A DNA stretch of 63,910 nucleotides from a virus (taxonomy: Duplodnaviria; Caudoviricetes), in IMG/VR virus record IMGVR_UViG_3300038548_000456, positions 1-63,910 of that record; one strand, given 5' to 3'. The notes beneath the pieces are model-generated. The model was not told the origin of the DNA. It saw only the letters and a list, made by a program, of their open reading frames with translations, and ran no database searches. The translations under genes and the position numbers were made by a program. This document shows positions 27,527-37,735 of the stretch, piece after piece (positions within the stretch are counted from its first letter, which is position 1; each line of letters begins with the position of its first letter).

Positions 27527-27892
27527 ATGTCTATCTTCATTGACACAACTGGTGAATCGAACTTCGGAATAGGTATCTGTGATCGATGTAGTTGCAAATT
27601 TCCTCTCACAAAGCTTTATTCAGATCCAAATACGCCTGGGCTCAAGGTTTGCATAGAGGACCTTGATGATTATGACCCATACCGTCTACCGGCGAGGAAA
27701 ACAGAGAACATCACTCTCCGTTTTGTTCGTCCAGACGTCCCTATTGATGATTTACAAGAAGGGGCAGTTCACCCGGCGTTTGGATTGTTCGGTGTCATCG
27801 TAGCAATTGGCAGCGTGAATCCTCGAATCACTGAAGATGGCAGTATTCGTGTCATGGAAAATCCTTTTCAAGATAACGTGGATATAGGATAA
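27527..27892 (+). CDS. Tail-module protein (CDRC motif)
   Basis: GICDRC...LKVC...D..DP...RPD. Confidence 0.65.
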   Translation: MSIFIDTTGESNFGIGICDRCSCKFPLTKLYSDPNTPGLKVCIEDLDDYDPYRLPARKTENITLRFVRPDVPIDDLQEGAVHPAFGLFGVIVAIGSVNPRITEDGSIRVMENPFQDNVDIG

Positions 27893-27896
27893 CAAA

Positions 27897-29600
27897 ATGT
27901 CCAATGTAAGAATTTCAGATCTGCCTGATGCAACTCTTCCACTCACTGGAGCGGAACTTTATGAATTAACTCAGGGGGGTTTTAGCCGAAAAACTACTGT
28001 AGCTGACAGCCGCTTAGGTTTTACAACTAGTTTCGTTGTAGTATCTGCTGATGCCAACCTTCCTAACGAGCGAATCTTAACAGCTGGGACTGGGATTGAT
28101 GTAGTTGATGGTGGGGCGGGTTCATCACTCACGATCAGTGCTACTTCTCCTCTTTCCGTTACGCATACTGTCGGCGTTGGCGGTGACTTCGCAACGATTA
28201 ACGCAGCCCTTGAAGATCTGTCTTCACGGTCGCCTATAGTAGTATCACCGCAAGTAACAACGACTCTTCAGCTTTTATCTGGATTCATTATGGATGAACA
28301 GGTGTTGGCTGATGGTGTTGATCTTAGTTGGATTCAGATTACTTCAGTCGATGTGACGGTGACTATCACCGGAAGTTCGATGGACGTAAACACGCTACCG
28401 GTGGACGGAGCCTCAACTAGATATGCATTTGGGGCTGATAACGGCGGTGTCTTGCCTAGAATTAATACTCTTTTTTCTGTCGATGGAACAGGAAGCGCCG
28501 TGCGTCGGGATGGTTTGGTTTTGATCAACGGTTCCAGAGCAATTGTTGAAAGTGGAAAAGGTATTACTAATACTCCGGACAATGGGTTGACACTGGACAA
28601 GGGTGCATTCTTGTTTGCCAACACTGCGAACTTCTCAGGAGCAGGTGCTTACGGAGCGTTCCTTTATGGTGGGTCAAGGATGGTCGCAGCCTCTGCTAAT
28701 TTTTCCAATGCAACTGATGACGGTGTTATCGTTACGAGAGGTGCAACGGCTAGTATTCCAGAGGCGAATGTTTCTGGTGCGGGTGTGAATGGTATACTAG
28801 CTACTCAAGGCGCTATCATTAACGCTGGTAGGATAAACGCTGATAATTGTGGTGGCGCCGGAATCCGGGCACGCGGTGCCTCGGTTATCAATGCAAATTC
28901 GTGTTCTGCCCAAAATTGTCAGGATGGTGTGTTTGCAGATAGAGCCTGTAAAATTAGCGTCACAGATGATACGGTCAGCGCCAACTTTACGGGTTGTTCA
29001 AGATACTCTCTGTTTTCTCGCAACGGGGCCGAAATTTCTGGCGAAAATATCGTTTGTGGTGCAGCAAGAATTTTTGCAGAACTTGGTGGGTTCATCAGTG
29101 CTACAGGTGTTACCGTAGCAACGACTGGAGTTTCACACCATGGAATTCTCGCCAACACTGGTGCTAGAGTTAATGTTGACGGCGGTACTATCAGCGCTGC
29201 GGGAACATCTGCAAAGGCACTTCTGGCCGAAGGTGCTGAAATATGGGCGAACAACACAACTCTTACCTCTAGTTTATCTAATACTGCCCAAGCTGCTGAT
29301 GGGGGATTTGTTCGTGCCTTTGGTTCTGTTCTAAACGTAGTAACAGGAGCTGCTTGTTTTGCTAATGGCGGTGAGGTGTTTGTTCCATCCTGCACATTTA
29401 ACGCAGTCGATTTGCTTATTTTTGATACGCTAAATGGCGGTCTTATCGATGCTGCAACAGCGACAATTAACTGGTCAGTTGGTCCTCCTGGAACAGCCTT
29501 CAGGGTTAGAGATGGAGCAAAGATAAACGTCAGTGGTACTACGGAGGGGGCTAACGTGGTAGTCAATACTATCGTCCCCAACGGTATTGTCATACAATAA
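27897..29600 (+). CDS. Tailspike with parallel beta-helix (pectin-lyase-like) domain
   Basis: VRISDLP N-terminus, TVGVGGDFATINAAL helix cap, ~22-aa G/A/N repeats. Confidence 0.75.
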   Translation: MSNVRISDLPDATLPLTGAELYELTQGGFSRKTTVADSRLGFTTSFVVVSADANLPNERILTAGTGIDVVDGGAGSSLTISATSPLSVTHTVGVGGDFATINAALEDLSSRSPIVVSPQVTTTLQLLSGFIMDEQVLADGVDLSWIQITSVDVTVTITGSSMDVNTLPVDGASTRYAFGADNGGVLPRINTLFSVDGTGSAVRRDGLVLINGSRAIVESGKGITNTPDNGLTLDKGAFLFANTANFSGAGAYGAFLYGGSRMVAASANFSNATDDGVIVTRGATASIPEANVSGAGVNGILATQGAIINAGRINADNCGGAGIRARGASVINANSCSAQNCQDGVFADRACKISVTDDTVSANFTGCSRYSLFSRNGAEISGENIVCGAARIFAELGGFISATGVTVATTGVSHHGILANTGARVNVDGGTISAAGTSAKALLAEGAEIWANNTTLTSSLSNTAQAADGGFVRAFGSVLNVVTGAACFANGGEVFVPSCTFNAVDLLIFDTLNGGLIDAATATINWSVGPPGTAFRVRDGAKINVSGTTEGANVVVNTIVPNGIVIQ

Positions 29601-29615
29601 CTGAGGATTAAGAAA

Positions 29616-29984
29616 ATGGCGACGAAAGCAGAAGTAAAAGAACGCGCGAGTCGCATAGGGATCAATCAGATTGTGACCTACGCGGGACTCGTTCCTATCT
29701 TTTGGTTCATCATTCAGCCCATCCTCGTAAACGCGTTGGCTGAAGAGATGCAGGCGTCGATCAAGCAGACTGTCGCAACTGAGGTCGCTCCGATCAATAA
29801 AGCATTCGTAGCTCTCTTGCAGCGAGACATCAATGCTACGAAGAAGGAGATTGCGGCTCTAGAGTTCCGAGAACGCAGAGACGATGAATGGAGTGAGGAG
29901 GACACTAGCTACTTAGCTGACAAGGAAATAGAGCTAGATGCGCTTGAAGAGGCGAAGGATGCACTCCAGGCGGACACAAGCTGA
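29616..29984 (+). CDS. Membrane-anchored coiled-coil protein (lysis-associated)
   Basis: One TM helix; coupled to the endolysin gene. Confidence 0.6.
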   Translation: MATKAEVKERASRIGINQIVTYAGLVPIFWFIIQPILVNALAEEMQASIKQTVATEVAPINKAFVALLQRDINATKKEIAALEFRERRDDEWSEEDTSYLADKEIELDALEEAKDALQADTS

Positions 29985-30445
29985 TGAACGCGTCGCAACT
30001 TAGAGAGTACATCGTCCGTCCAGCGTTGATGGAGGTAGGATTACATACTCTAGCAGCAGAAGATCTAGTGATGGGAACTGCAGCTCAAGAGTCCCACCTG
30101 AAGTATGTCAAGCAACTGGGGAGCGGTCCGGCTTTGGGTCTCTTTCAAGTTGAACCATTCACCTATAATGACTACTGGGATAACTTCGTGGATGATCGCT
30201 CAGATCTACGTGAGTCAATTTTGCATGCCATACGGACGGAGGGAGAGCCTCGGCCAGATCGAGTTATCTGGGATTTACGATATGCTTCGATTATGTGCAG
30301 AATTCATTATAGGAGAATTCGCAGTCCTCTTCCACAACACGGAGATATCTCAGGATATGCTGCGTATTGGAAGAAGTATTACAATACAATTCATGGATCA
30401 GGAACAGAAGAGGAGTTCATTAAGAACTTCAAGTTAGTCGAATAG
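29984..30445 (+). CDS. Endolysin (lysozyme-like/transglycosylase fold)
   Basis: GTAAQES catalytic Glu, GPALGLFQVEP, YWKKYYNT..G. Confidence 0.75.
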   Translation: MNASQLREYIVRPALMEVGLHTLAAEDLVMGTAAQESHLKYVKQLGSGPALGLFQVEPFTYNDYWDNFVDDRSDLRESILHAIRTEGEPRPDRVIWDLRYASIMCRIHYRRIRSPLPQHGDISGYAAYWKKYYNTIHGSGTEEEFIKNFKLVE

Positions 30446-30455
30446 GAGAGATTTC

Positions 30456-30674
30456 ATGTTAGATAAATTGAAAGGTTTCAAAACAATAGCGTTCAATGTT
30501 CTTATGGGAGCAACGATGCTAATCCGATTCTTTAACCCTGAGACTCAGGTTCCAGACGTTGAAGAAGTAACTGCCGCGGTTGATGCCGTTGGAGCATCAC
30601 TGACTGCAATCTGGGGATTTGGTAACATGTGGTTGAGAGCCATTACCGACTCGCCGATTTTTAAGAAAACATGA
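30456..30674 (+). CDS. Putative holin
   Basis: 72 aa; KGFKT start, two hydrophobic segments, LR..T..PIF end; follows the lysin. Confidence 0.65.
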   Translation: MLDKLKGFKTIAFNVLMGATMLIRFFNPETQVPDVEEVTAAVDAVGASLTAIWGFGNMWLRAITDSPIFKKT

Positions 30675-30699
30675 CTATAACTAAAGAAAGGAGAAAAGA

Positions 30700-31110
30700 A
30701 TGAGGCCGATATTAAAATTTCAGTCCATTTATCTGCTCGCGATTATGTTGGTGCTACAAGCTTGCGTGGCATCCAACCCTCTTGCCCAAGCCGAAACAGT
30801 TGAACAGAAGGCCTACGCTGCCTATGGAACATTCGTGATCTTCGAAGAACAAGCTGCTAAGTTAGTATCTAGTGGTCAACTTCCTCGAAGCGCAGTGATC
30901 GCCATTGGACGCGCGGATGATCGAGCAAAACTCATCGCTGATTCACTCATTGTTGCGACTCTCGAATTTGTGGAGATTAAGGCGGAATATGAGTTAGGTG
31001 AAACCAGTGAGTCAAGATACGTTACTGCTATGAATAGTCTAAATCGCTGGACTGAGCAACTCTTACCACTTGTCAATAACTTAATCTCTGCGGTTAAAGG
31101 AGCACAATAA
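30700..31110 (+). CDS. Lipoprotein (possible spanin component)
   Basis: Lipobox LQAC after a hydrophobic signal. Confidence 0.6.
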   Translation: MRPILKFQSIYLLAIMLVLQACVASNPLAQAETVEQKAYAAYGTFVIFEEQAAKLVSSGQLPRSAVIAIGRADDRAKLIADSLIVATLEFVEIKAEYELGETSESRYVTAMNSLNRWTEQLLPLVNNLISAVKGAQ

Positions 31111-31541
31111 TGAGTATACTTCAACTCATCCTGGTTGCTATCAACGGGCTATCAGTGATCGTTAAAAACCCTGCACTGGGAGGAGGTTCAAGTGTTCGGA
31201 TGGATCAAGCTTCTGAATTGTTAGGTTTTTTGGGAGAATTGATCGCTCGGGGCGATGAGGGTCATCAAGAGCTCCAGGAATTTTCGGACATAATCAAAGG
31301 AATGGCTGCTGAAGGTGGAGAACCTAGTCGGGAGGAATGGGCTACACTTCGAGCACGGAGCGATGCTGCTCATGATACGATCCAGGAAGCTGCAACAGCT
31401 GCCGAAGCTGAAGAAGCAGCAGAAGTAGCTGCTCAGAAGATCGCCGTGGAGATAGCAGCGCTAGAAGCGATTCCTGAGGACGAACGTACTGAAGAGCAGC
31501 AAGATCGTCTGGGCGAACTGACAGCGCCTCCGGAGGAGTAA
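31110..31541 (+). CDS. Hypothetical protein coupled to the lipoprotein
   Basis: TAATG overlap. Confidence 0.65.
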   Translation: MSILQLILVAINGLSVIVKNPALGGGSSVRMDQASELLGFLGELIARGDEGHQELQEFSDIIKGMAAEGGEPSREEWATLRARSDAAHDTIQEAATAAEAEEAAEVAAQKIAVEIAALEAIPEDERTEEQQDRLGELTAPPEE

Positions 31542-31545
31542 TACA

Positions 31546-32193
31546 ATGCCCACCGCAATGACATTTACATCGCTGCAGACCGATCTGCGCCAGTACCTGG
31601 AGCGTGGCACTTCGGTGGACACTACAGTCTTTGAGCAATTGCCCCGTTTGATTAATCTGGCGGAGCGGGACATTGCTCGCACTCTGAAAATTCAAGGGTT
31701 CATCAATGTTGTGACTAGTGTGATGGCTGCTGGTACATCTGTGTATGCAAAGCCTGATCGCTGGCGCGATACTATTAGTATCAATCGAGCAACTGTTCCT
31801 GGAGGAAATATAAGAGATTTTGTTTTTCCTCGATCTTATGAATACTGCCGAATCTTCCACCCAGATTCTACCGTTCAAGCTGCTCCAGAATTCTATGCGG
31901 ACTATGACTATGAGAATTGGTTGATTGTTCCGACTCCGGATGCGGCTTATGAATTCGAGGTGGTTTATTATCAACTGTTGCCTTTATTAGATGACAGCAA
32001 TCAAACTAATTGGCTGACTGATCACGCACCGAACACACTTTTACATGGTGCTTTACTACAATCCACTCGCTTCTTGAAGAATGATGAAAGGATCCCAGTT
32101 TGGCAACAAAATTACGATACTGATATGCAGAAACTAAATGGTGAGGATCTGCAAAAGATCATCGATAGAACCACCTCAAGACAGGAGGCATAG
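31546..32193 (+). CDS. Tail tubular / adaptor protein
   Basis: INLAERDI.R.L, PTPDAAY...VYY, TNWL...AP..LLHGAL. Confidence 0.75.
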   Translation: MPTAMTFTSLQTDLRQYLERGTSVDTTVFEQLPRLINLAERDIARTLKIQGFINVVTSVMAAGTSVYAKPDRWRDTISINRATVPGGNIRDFVFPRSYEYCRIFHPDSTVQAAPEFYADYDYENWLIVPTPDAAYEFEVVYYQLLPLLDDSNQTNWLTDHAPNTLLHGALLQSTRFLKNDERIPVWQQNYDTDMQKLNGEDLQKIIDRTTSRQEA

Positions 32194-32197
32194 AGCC

Positions 32198-33859
32198 ATG
32201 TTTACAGCAGTATTTGGGGGAGCAGTTATTTACCCAGCAGGTCAAAGTTATCTATCTCTGACTTTCTCGGTTAATCAAACTCTTGCATGGCCGATTGAGC
32301 AGCAAGTCGGGGGTAATGTAGTCTCCAGTATCATGGATCTTAATGCTACTGCTTCAAGTCTTACTGTTTCAATTCCTGATGCAAGACAAGTTTCAAATGG
32401 CATTCAATCAGTCTTTAACAACGTTGGAGCTAATTCGATAGACATCCTTGATAGTACTGGAGGAGTCATCGTTTCTGTGGCAGCAGGGGTTGCTCAACTT
32501 GTCTACCTGAGAGATAACAGTACAGCAGCAGGACTCTGGAGGATTTTTCAACTGGGAGCTGGAACTTCAACTGCGGATGCTGCATCTTTAGTAGGAGCTG
32601 GACTTCAAGCTAATGGTTCTACTCTCGAGCAAATTGTTGCACCATCTTCAACAGCTGTCACTCCCATAACTTGGGTAACAGCAGATCGAGCAACCTTAAC
32701 AATCTGGACAGGTGGAGCGGGAGTTCTTAATCTTCCTAGCCCTGGAACAGTTGGATCAAATTGGTTCGCAATGATTCGCAATAGCGGAACAGGTGAACTG
32801 ACGATAACTCCTCCTTCAGGGACTATAGACGGTGCTGCCACTTTAGGATTATCTCAGACCAATTCAGCAGTTATCATTACGGATGGAACAAACTTTTTCA
32901 CAGTAGGTCTTGGTCAAAGTGCTACATTTGAGTTTGACTTTGTTTCAATTGATATCGCCGGCTCGGGCGATTTCACTCTCTCCGGTACTCAGTTAAATCG
33001 GATTTCCTATAATTTTACGGGAGTACTTACTGCCAATAGGACAATCATCGTTCCGGCTACTACACAACAATACTGGCTCGATAACTCGACTACCGGAGCT
33101 TTTTCTTTATTCGCCAAGGTAACTGGTGGATCCACCATTGAAATCCCGCAAGGTGGAAGTATTATTGCTTATTCAAATGGCACAGAACTTATTGATGCAA
33201 CTACGGGAAAGGCATCAGCTGATATTACTCTAATTGCTGGCAATGGAATTGACCCGGCAGGCTTAGGTGATCTTTCAGCTAATCGAACCATCGCTACTCT
33301 ATCAGCAACAGAGAGCGTAGAAGGAACAGCTGAGATTGCTACACAGGCTGAGACTGATGCAGGAACTAATGATGTCACTATTGTCACTCCTCTGAAACTG
33401 GCTACGAATTTGATTGGGGTACTATCTGTTACGAAGATCAAAACAGGGGATACCTCTCGAAATACTGATATTGTCTTATCTGATGATCCTCAGCTTCTTG
33501 GATGGATTTTAGAGGATGATACTCGGTATCTGATTGAAGGTTTTATTGCCTATGTACAAGATGTCGGTAATTTTCAAATGGCGCTTCAGTTCTCTGATGC
33601 ACCACAGGATGCGCTCCTTGATTTTGAAGCTATGGATTCTACAGGAGCAAACATATCTGAGCATACACCAGACGCTACTTCAGCGATGACTATAATTGCA
33701 ATAGTTGATGCAGCAGATGCTGGGATAAACCTGAAGGGGTACATAAGATCAAACGCTGGAACCGGAGGCACGATGGACTTCCAATGGGCGCAGCAAACAT
33801 CTGACGCAAATGATACTACGGTCAAAGAAGGTTCGTGGATAAGGCTTACGAAATCATGA
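32198..33859 (+). CDS. Tail fibre / tail structural protein
   Basis: T/G/S-rich; FTGVLTANRTIIVP, EIATQAETDAGTND...VTPLKL. Confidence 0.7.
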   Translation: MFTAVFGGAVIYPAGQSYLSLTFSVNQTLAWPIEQQVGGNVVSSIMDLNATASSLTVSIPDARQVSNGIQSVFNNVGANSIDILDSTGGVIVSVAAGVAQLVYLRDNSTAAGLWRIFQLGAGTSTADAASLVGAGLQANGSTLEQIVAPSSTAVTPITWVTADRATLTIWTGGAGVLNLPSPGTVGSNWFAMIRNSGTGELTITPPSGTIDGAATLGLSQTNSAVIITDGTNFFTVGLGQSATFEFDFVSIDIAGSGDFTLSGTQLNRISYNFTGVLTANRTIIVPATTQQYWLDNSTTGAFSLFAKVTGGSTIEIPQGGSIIAYSNGTELIDATTGKASADITLIAGNGIDPAGLGDLSANRTIATLSATESVEGTAEIATQAETDAGTNDVTIVTPLKLATNLIGVLSVTKIKTGDTSRNTDIVLSDDPQLLGWILEDDTRYLIEGFIAYVQDVGNFQMALQFSDAPQDALLDFEAMDSTGANISEHTPDATSAMTIIAIVDAADAGINLKGYIRSNAGTGGTMDFQWAQQTSDANDTTVKEGSWIRLTKS

Positions 33860-35367
33860 GCGAACTCCCTGTCAAAATACAATCTGCTCCTGGTATCAAA
33901 AGGGATGGCACACGTCTTGAAGGAGACAATTATGTTGACGGACAGTGGTGTCGATTCCAGCGTGGAAGACCTCGCAAGATAGGAGGTTATTCTTCTACCA
34001 CTAATGTCATCCCTGAGTTAGCCAGAGGAATGGGCGCTTTTTCTGAAGACGGTCAGAACTTTGTTCATATTGGACAAGAGTCGAGTTTGCAACAGGCTGT
34101 TATTAATAACAGCACTGGCAATCTGTCTATCTTAAATGATCGATCTCCCGGAGGACTTGTAAATAGCGTAAACAACTTGTGGCAATTCGATGTTTTCTTT
34201 GATCAGGTAACTCCATCCAATCAATTGATTGCTCACGCAGGTCAGAATCTTACAGACATCGATAGCTCGGTTGCTACTGAAGTTTTCTTTGGTCCCCCTT
34301 CTGCAGCAACAGTTCTGGCAGGCACAGGAAAATCAGTTAGTGGAGGAGTAATTGCATTAGGTCCCTTCTTATTCGTTTACGGAAGTGACGGATTGATCAG
34401 CTATAGTACTGTGAATGATCCTCAGGGGGTTTATACTGATGCTTTCATTACTCCTCAAAAAGTTGTTAAAGGACTTCCACTGCGAGGAGCTGGTCAAGGC
34501 CCCGCTGGTTTATTCTGGTCACTCGATTCTCTGGTGCGTGCAACCTTTACTGGGGGAGCTACAGTTTGGAATTTTGATACTTTAACTTCTGAGACTTCAA
34601 TTCTCTCCTCTCAGGGAGTTATTGAATATGATGGAATCTATTATTGGGCTGGAGTAGATAGATTCTTAATGTTCAATGGTGTTGTTCGAGATTTGCCCAA
34701 TCCTATGAACGTCAATCATTTCTTTGATAATTTAAACTTCGCTCAGAGGCAGAAAGTCTTTGCTTACAAAGTTCCTCGGTTTGGGGAGATCTGGTGGTGT
34801 TATCCCCGTGACAATGCAACTGAGTGTACACACGCGGTTATTTACAATGTGATTGAACAGACCTGGTATGATACCGAGCTTCCTGATGAAGGTAGGACAG
34901 CGGGTATCTTCGCTAAGGTATACAATAAACCCTTCCTGGTAGACAACACGGTTAGTTCATCGTCTGGGTTTACGCTATGGCAACATGAGACCGGAACTGA
35001 TAAACTAGTAGGAAGCACAGCTAATGCCGTTGCTTCATTTTTCGAGACAGCGGAGATCTCAATGCTGACCGCTGAGCAATCAATGAGTAAATCTTTACAT
35101 GTTGCTAGGATAGAACCTGATTTTGTACAAACTGGAGATATGACGGTTATAGTAAGAGGAAGAGTCAATGCACGAGCTCCGATTCTTGATGGAGAAACAT
35201 TTACTTTCAATGATGATGCTACAACTGGAGATGAGGAAACTGTAAAGCTTAAAGAAGTGAAACGATTGATGAGCTTTAGATTTGAATCTAATGTGGCTGG
35301 AGGAGACTATGAGTTTGGAGAAACTTTTGCTCATATCGAACCCGCGGATGGAAGGGTTGAATCGTGA
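33856..35367 (+). CDS. Tail nozzle / DNA-stabilisation protein (P22 gp10-like)
   Basis: PGIKRDGT, RFQRGRPRKIGG, FGEIWWCYP, YNVIEQTWY, RIEPDF; propeller-like. Confidence 0.75.
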   Translation: MSELPVKIQSAPGIKRDGTRLEGDNYVDGQWCRFQRGRPRKIGGYSSTTNVIPELARGMGAFSEDGQNFVHIGQESSLQQAVINNSTGNLSILNDRSPGGLVNSVNNLWQFDVFFDQVTPSNQLIAHAGQNLTDIDSSVATEVFFGPPSAATVLAGTGKSVSGGVIALGPFLFVYGSDGLISYSTVNDPQGVYTDAFITPQKVVKGLPLRGAGQGPAGLFWSLDSLVRATFTGGATVWNFDTLTSETSILSSQGVIEYDGIYYWAGVDRFLMFNGVVRDLPNPMNVNHFFDNLNFAQRQKVFAYKVPRFGEIWWCYPRDNATECTHAVIYNVIEQTWYDTELPDEGRTAGIFAKVYNKPFLVDNTVSSSSGFTLWQHETGTDKLVGSTANAVASFFETAEISMLTAEQSMSKSLHVARIEPDFVQTGDMTVIVRGRVNARAPILDGETFTFNDDATTGDEETVKLKEVKRLMSFRFESNVAGGDYEFGETFAHIEPADGRVES

Positions 35368-35600
35368 ACATCGATCCTCGAGGAATGACAGTTATAGAAT
35401 GGTCTGATAGAATGGCATTGCCATTAAGCACAATGACACTTATCGAACGGTTGGATGATCCAGAGGAATGGCAAGACTGGGCAAGTAACATTTTAGATAC
35501 ACCGAATTTGGAAGGACAGAACGCACCTAATCCTTATCAGTTTGATGATTGGATGGAATGGGCGATGAGATTTAATCAAGCAGTGGATCTACCTGGATGA
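35364..35600 (+). CDS. Small Trp-rich tail-module protein
   Basis: PNPYQFDDWMEWA; coupled. Confidence 0.65.
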   Translation: MNIDPRGMTVIEWSDRMALPLSTMTLIERLDDPEEWQDWASNILDTPNLEGQNAPNPYQFDDWMEWAMRFNQAVDLPG

Positions 35601-35863
35601 CAATACGAACAGGACAAGTGACAGTAACTGATTCTACGGGTGAAATTTTTACACCTGTAGCAAACTCTGTGGTAAGGATTAAAAACCTTGGAGTAAGTAC
35701 GAACAAAGTTTTCATAGGGCCATCAGGTGTCACTATCTCGAATGGCTATTCTCCTGAAGAGGCCGGTTTTCCGGAGTACGAGATGGCGATAACTATTAGC
35801 ACAGCTATACACGGAGTCACTCAAACTGGGTCTCGGGTTGTGGAATGGATAGAAATTACTTAG
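35597..35863 (+). CDS. Small beta-rich structural protein
   Basis: ATGA coupling. Confidence 0.6.
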   Translation: MTIRTGQVTVTDSTGEIFTPVANSVVRIKNLGVSTNKVFIGPSGVTISNGYSPEEAGFPEYEMAITISTAIHGVTQTGSRVVEWIEIT

Positions 35864-35872
35864 GATGATGAT

Positions 35873-37735
35873 ATGAGTGGGTTAGGATATGCAAAGGGCG
35901 GAGAAATAAGAACTCCTCAAGAATTCTTCGCAGGGATGGAAGAGATCACTTCGGTTCCCGGCGGATCAGAGATGTTGATGAGTGCATTGGCTGAGCAAAT
36001 GACTGGTAAGAAACAATCTGGAGTCAAGAATCTTCGATTGTACAAGATGGGAGGTTCTGTCAATTATGCTGAAGGTGGCTTAGCAGCGGCAGAAGAAGTC
36101 CGAGGCATGGGGCGAGGAGATGATGAGATCTTACTTCATGTCTCTCCTGAAGAATATGAAGCTCTTACTGGAATGTGGGGAGAGCCAGATATTAATCCCA
36201 ACACAGGAATGCCTGAGTATGGTTTTCTGTCTAAACTTTGGAAGAAAGTCAAAGGAGTTGTAAAGAAGATTGTCAAGAGTCCCATCTTTCAATTTATAGC
36301 TCCAATTGCTTTGAATGCCTTCATCCCTGGAGCAGGATCAGCTCTAGGTGGTGCTCTAGGTCTTGGAGGAAAAGCTGCCACAGTAGTTGGTAATACTCTT
36401 ATTCGCTCAGGAATCGGCGCAGCAGGAGGAGGTAAAGAAGGCGCTCTCTCTGGTGCAATTTCAGGACTAACTGGAGGAGGAGCAGGATTAAGCCTTGGAA
36501 AGACTCTAGGATTAACAGGTCGAGCTGCTGAAATGGCTGGCAATGCGCTTATCGGAGGAGCAGGTGGGACGATAGGTGGAGGAGGCTTCGCTCAAGGTGC
36601 TCTCGGAAACGTAATAAACGCCGAAGCGATGAGAGCTTTACAACCTCTTGAGACAGGGATCGGAAAAGGCCTGAAGAACATCTTCGCTCCTGGCACTGGA
36701 GGGATGAGCATGGTAACCTCTGGAACTGGAGAGATGAGTCCTGTAGGACAACCTGACATCTTTGGAGGAACTCCAGGTGGTGCTATTGACATGTCTCCCA
36801 TTCCGGGGTCAGGGGCACTAACTCAATTAGGAACTCCCACCTCCGGTAACTTTCTCACCCGAGGTTGGGATTGGCTAAAAGAAAACCCTGAATTGGCTTT
36901 GGCAGGAGCAGGAGTATTAGGAAGCCTAAGAGGAAGTGGTGAACCTGATGGTCCTCCCGCAGGTGGAGGAGGAGATTTTGGAGGACCTATTCCTGAGTAT
37001 GCTTTAGATCGAACTCGACAGACCATGGATCCTAATGCCTATTATACTTATGGACAAACTGGATCAGAACAACCAGGTGAGTTTCAATTCTGGGGAAATA
37101 ACACCGCAGGAACGCCAACAGCCCCTCCAACTTCAGGAGGAGGCGCGGATCTGTCTCAAGAAGATCTTCAGTCTATGATGGCTCGACTGTCATCGATGAG
37201 TGGAGGCTTCGCAGAGGGAGGTCACTCCAAGGGCGGAGGATCAGGACGTGATGATACCATTGAAGCATTACTATCTGACGGCGAATATGTAATGGATGCT
37301 GAGACTGTCTCTTTATTAGGAGACGGTAGTAATGATCATGGAGCAGCACGTCTTGACGAAATGAGAGAAGCACTGCGCAAGCATAAAGGAAAAGGTCTTG
37401 CGCGAGGAAAGTTCTCGGCAGACGCTAAACGTCCACTAGATTATATGGAAGGAGGTAGAGCTGCTTATGCTGGAGGAGGCAAGGTTAGACAATTAAAGAA
37501 GATGGCAAGAAAGATGGATAGAATGTTAGCAGAAGAAGTTCCAGATAAAGAGATCCGAGAAATACAAGCAGCTATGAATAGACTTCAGAGAGGATCAGTC
37601 AAGAGGGCTTTGGATGCCGTCAATTCTGGGGAAGATGCAGCAAGTGCCTTTCGAGAGAAGAAAGCTCGGGGCGGTAGAGTAAAAAATCAAATGTTAGCAA
37701 GGCGAATGAGAGTGCTCGCTAGAGGAGAAACATAA
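35873..37735 (+). CDS. Putative internal virion/ejection protein
   Basis: Gly-rich hydrophobic core, six [FY]xxGG motifs, GSGRDDTIEALLSDGEYV module. Confidence 0.75.
   Translation: MSGLGYAKGGEIRTPQEFFAGMEEITSVPGGSEMLMSALAEQMTGKKQSGVKNLRLYKMGGSVNYAEGGLAAAEEVRGMGRGDDEILLHVSPEEYEALTGMWGEPDINPNTGMPEYGFLSKLWKKVKGVVKKIVKSPIFQFIAPIALNAFIPGAGSALGGALGLGGKAATVVGNTLIRSGIGAAGGGKEGALSGAISGLTGGGAGLSLGKTLGLTGRAAEMAGNALIGGAGGTIGGGGFAQGALGNVINAEAMRALQPLETGIGKGLKNIFAPGTGGMSMVTSGTGEMSPVGQPDIFGGTPGGAIDMSPIPGSGALTQLGTPTSGNFLTRGWDWLKENPELALAGAGVLGSLRGSGEPDGPPAGGGGDFGGPIPEYALDRTRQTMDPNAYYTYGQTGSEQPGEFQFWGNNTAGTPTAPPTSGGGADLSQEDLQSMMARLSSMSGGFAEGGHSKGGGSGRDDTIEALLSDGEYVMDAETVSLLGDGSNDHGAARLDEMREALRKHKGKGLARGKFSADAKRPLDYMEGGRAAYAGGGKVRQLKKMARKMDRMLAEEVPDKEIREIQAAMNRLQRGSVKRALDAVNSGEDAASAFREKKARGGRVKNQMLARRMRVLARGET

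Noticed and set aside
28919-29665. Long antisense ORFs (this one, 31342-31974, 6473-7063 and similar)
   Set aside because: Shadows of well-supported genes on the opposite strand, with no motifs or SD
21985-33859. Diversity-generating retroelement or invertible tail-fibre cassette
   Set aside because: No reverse transcriptase, invertase or TR/VR repeat pair seen
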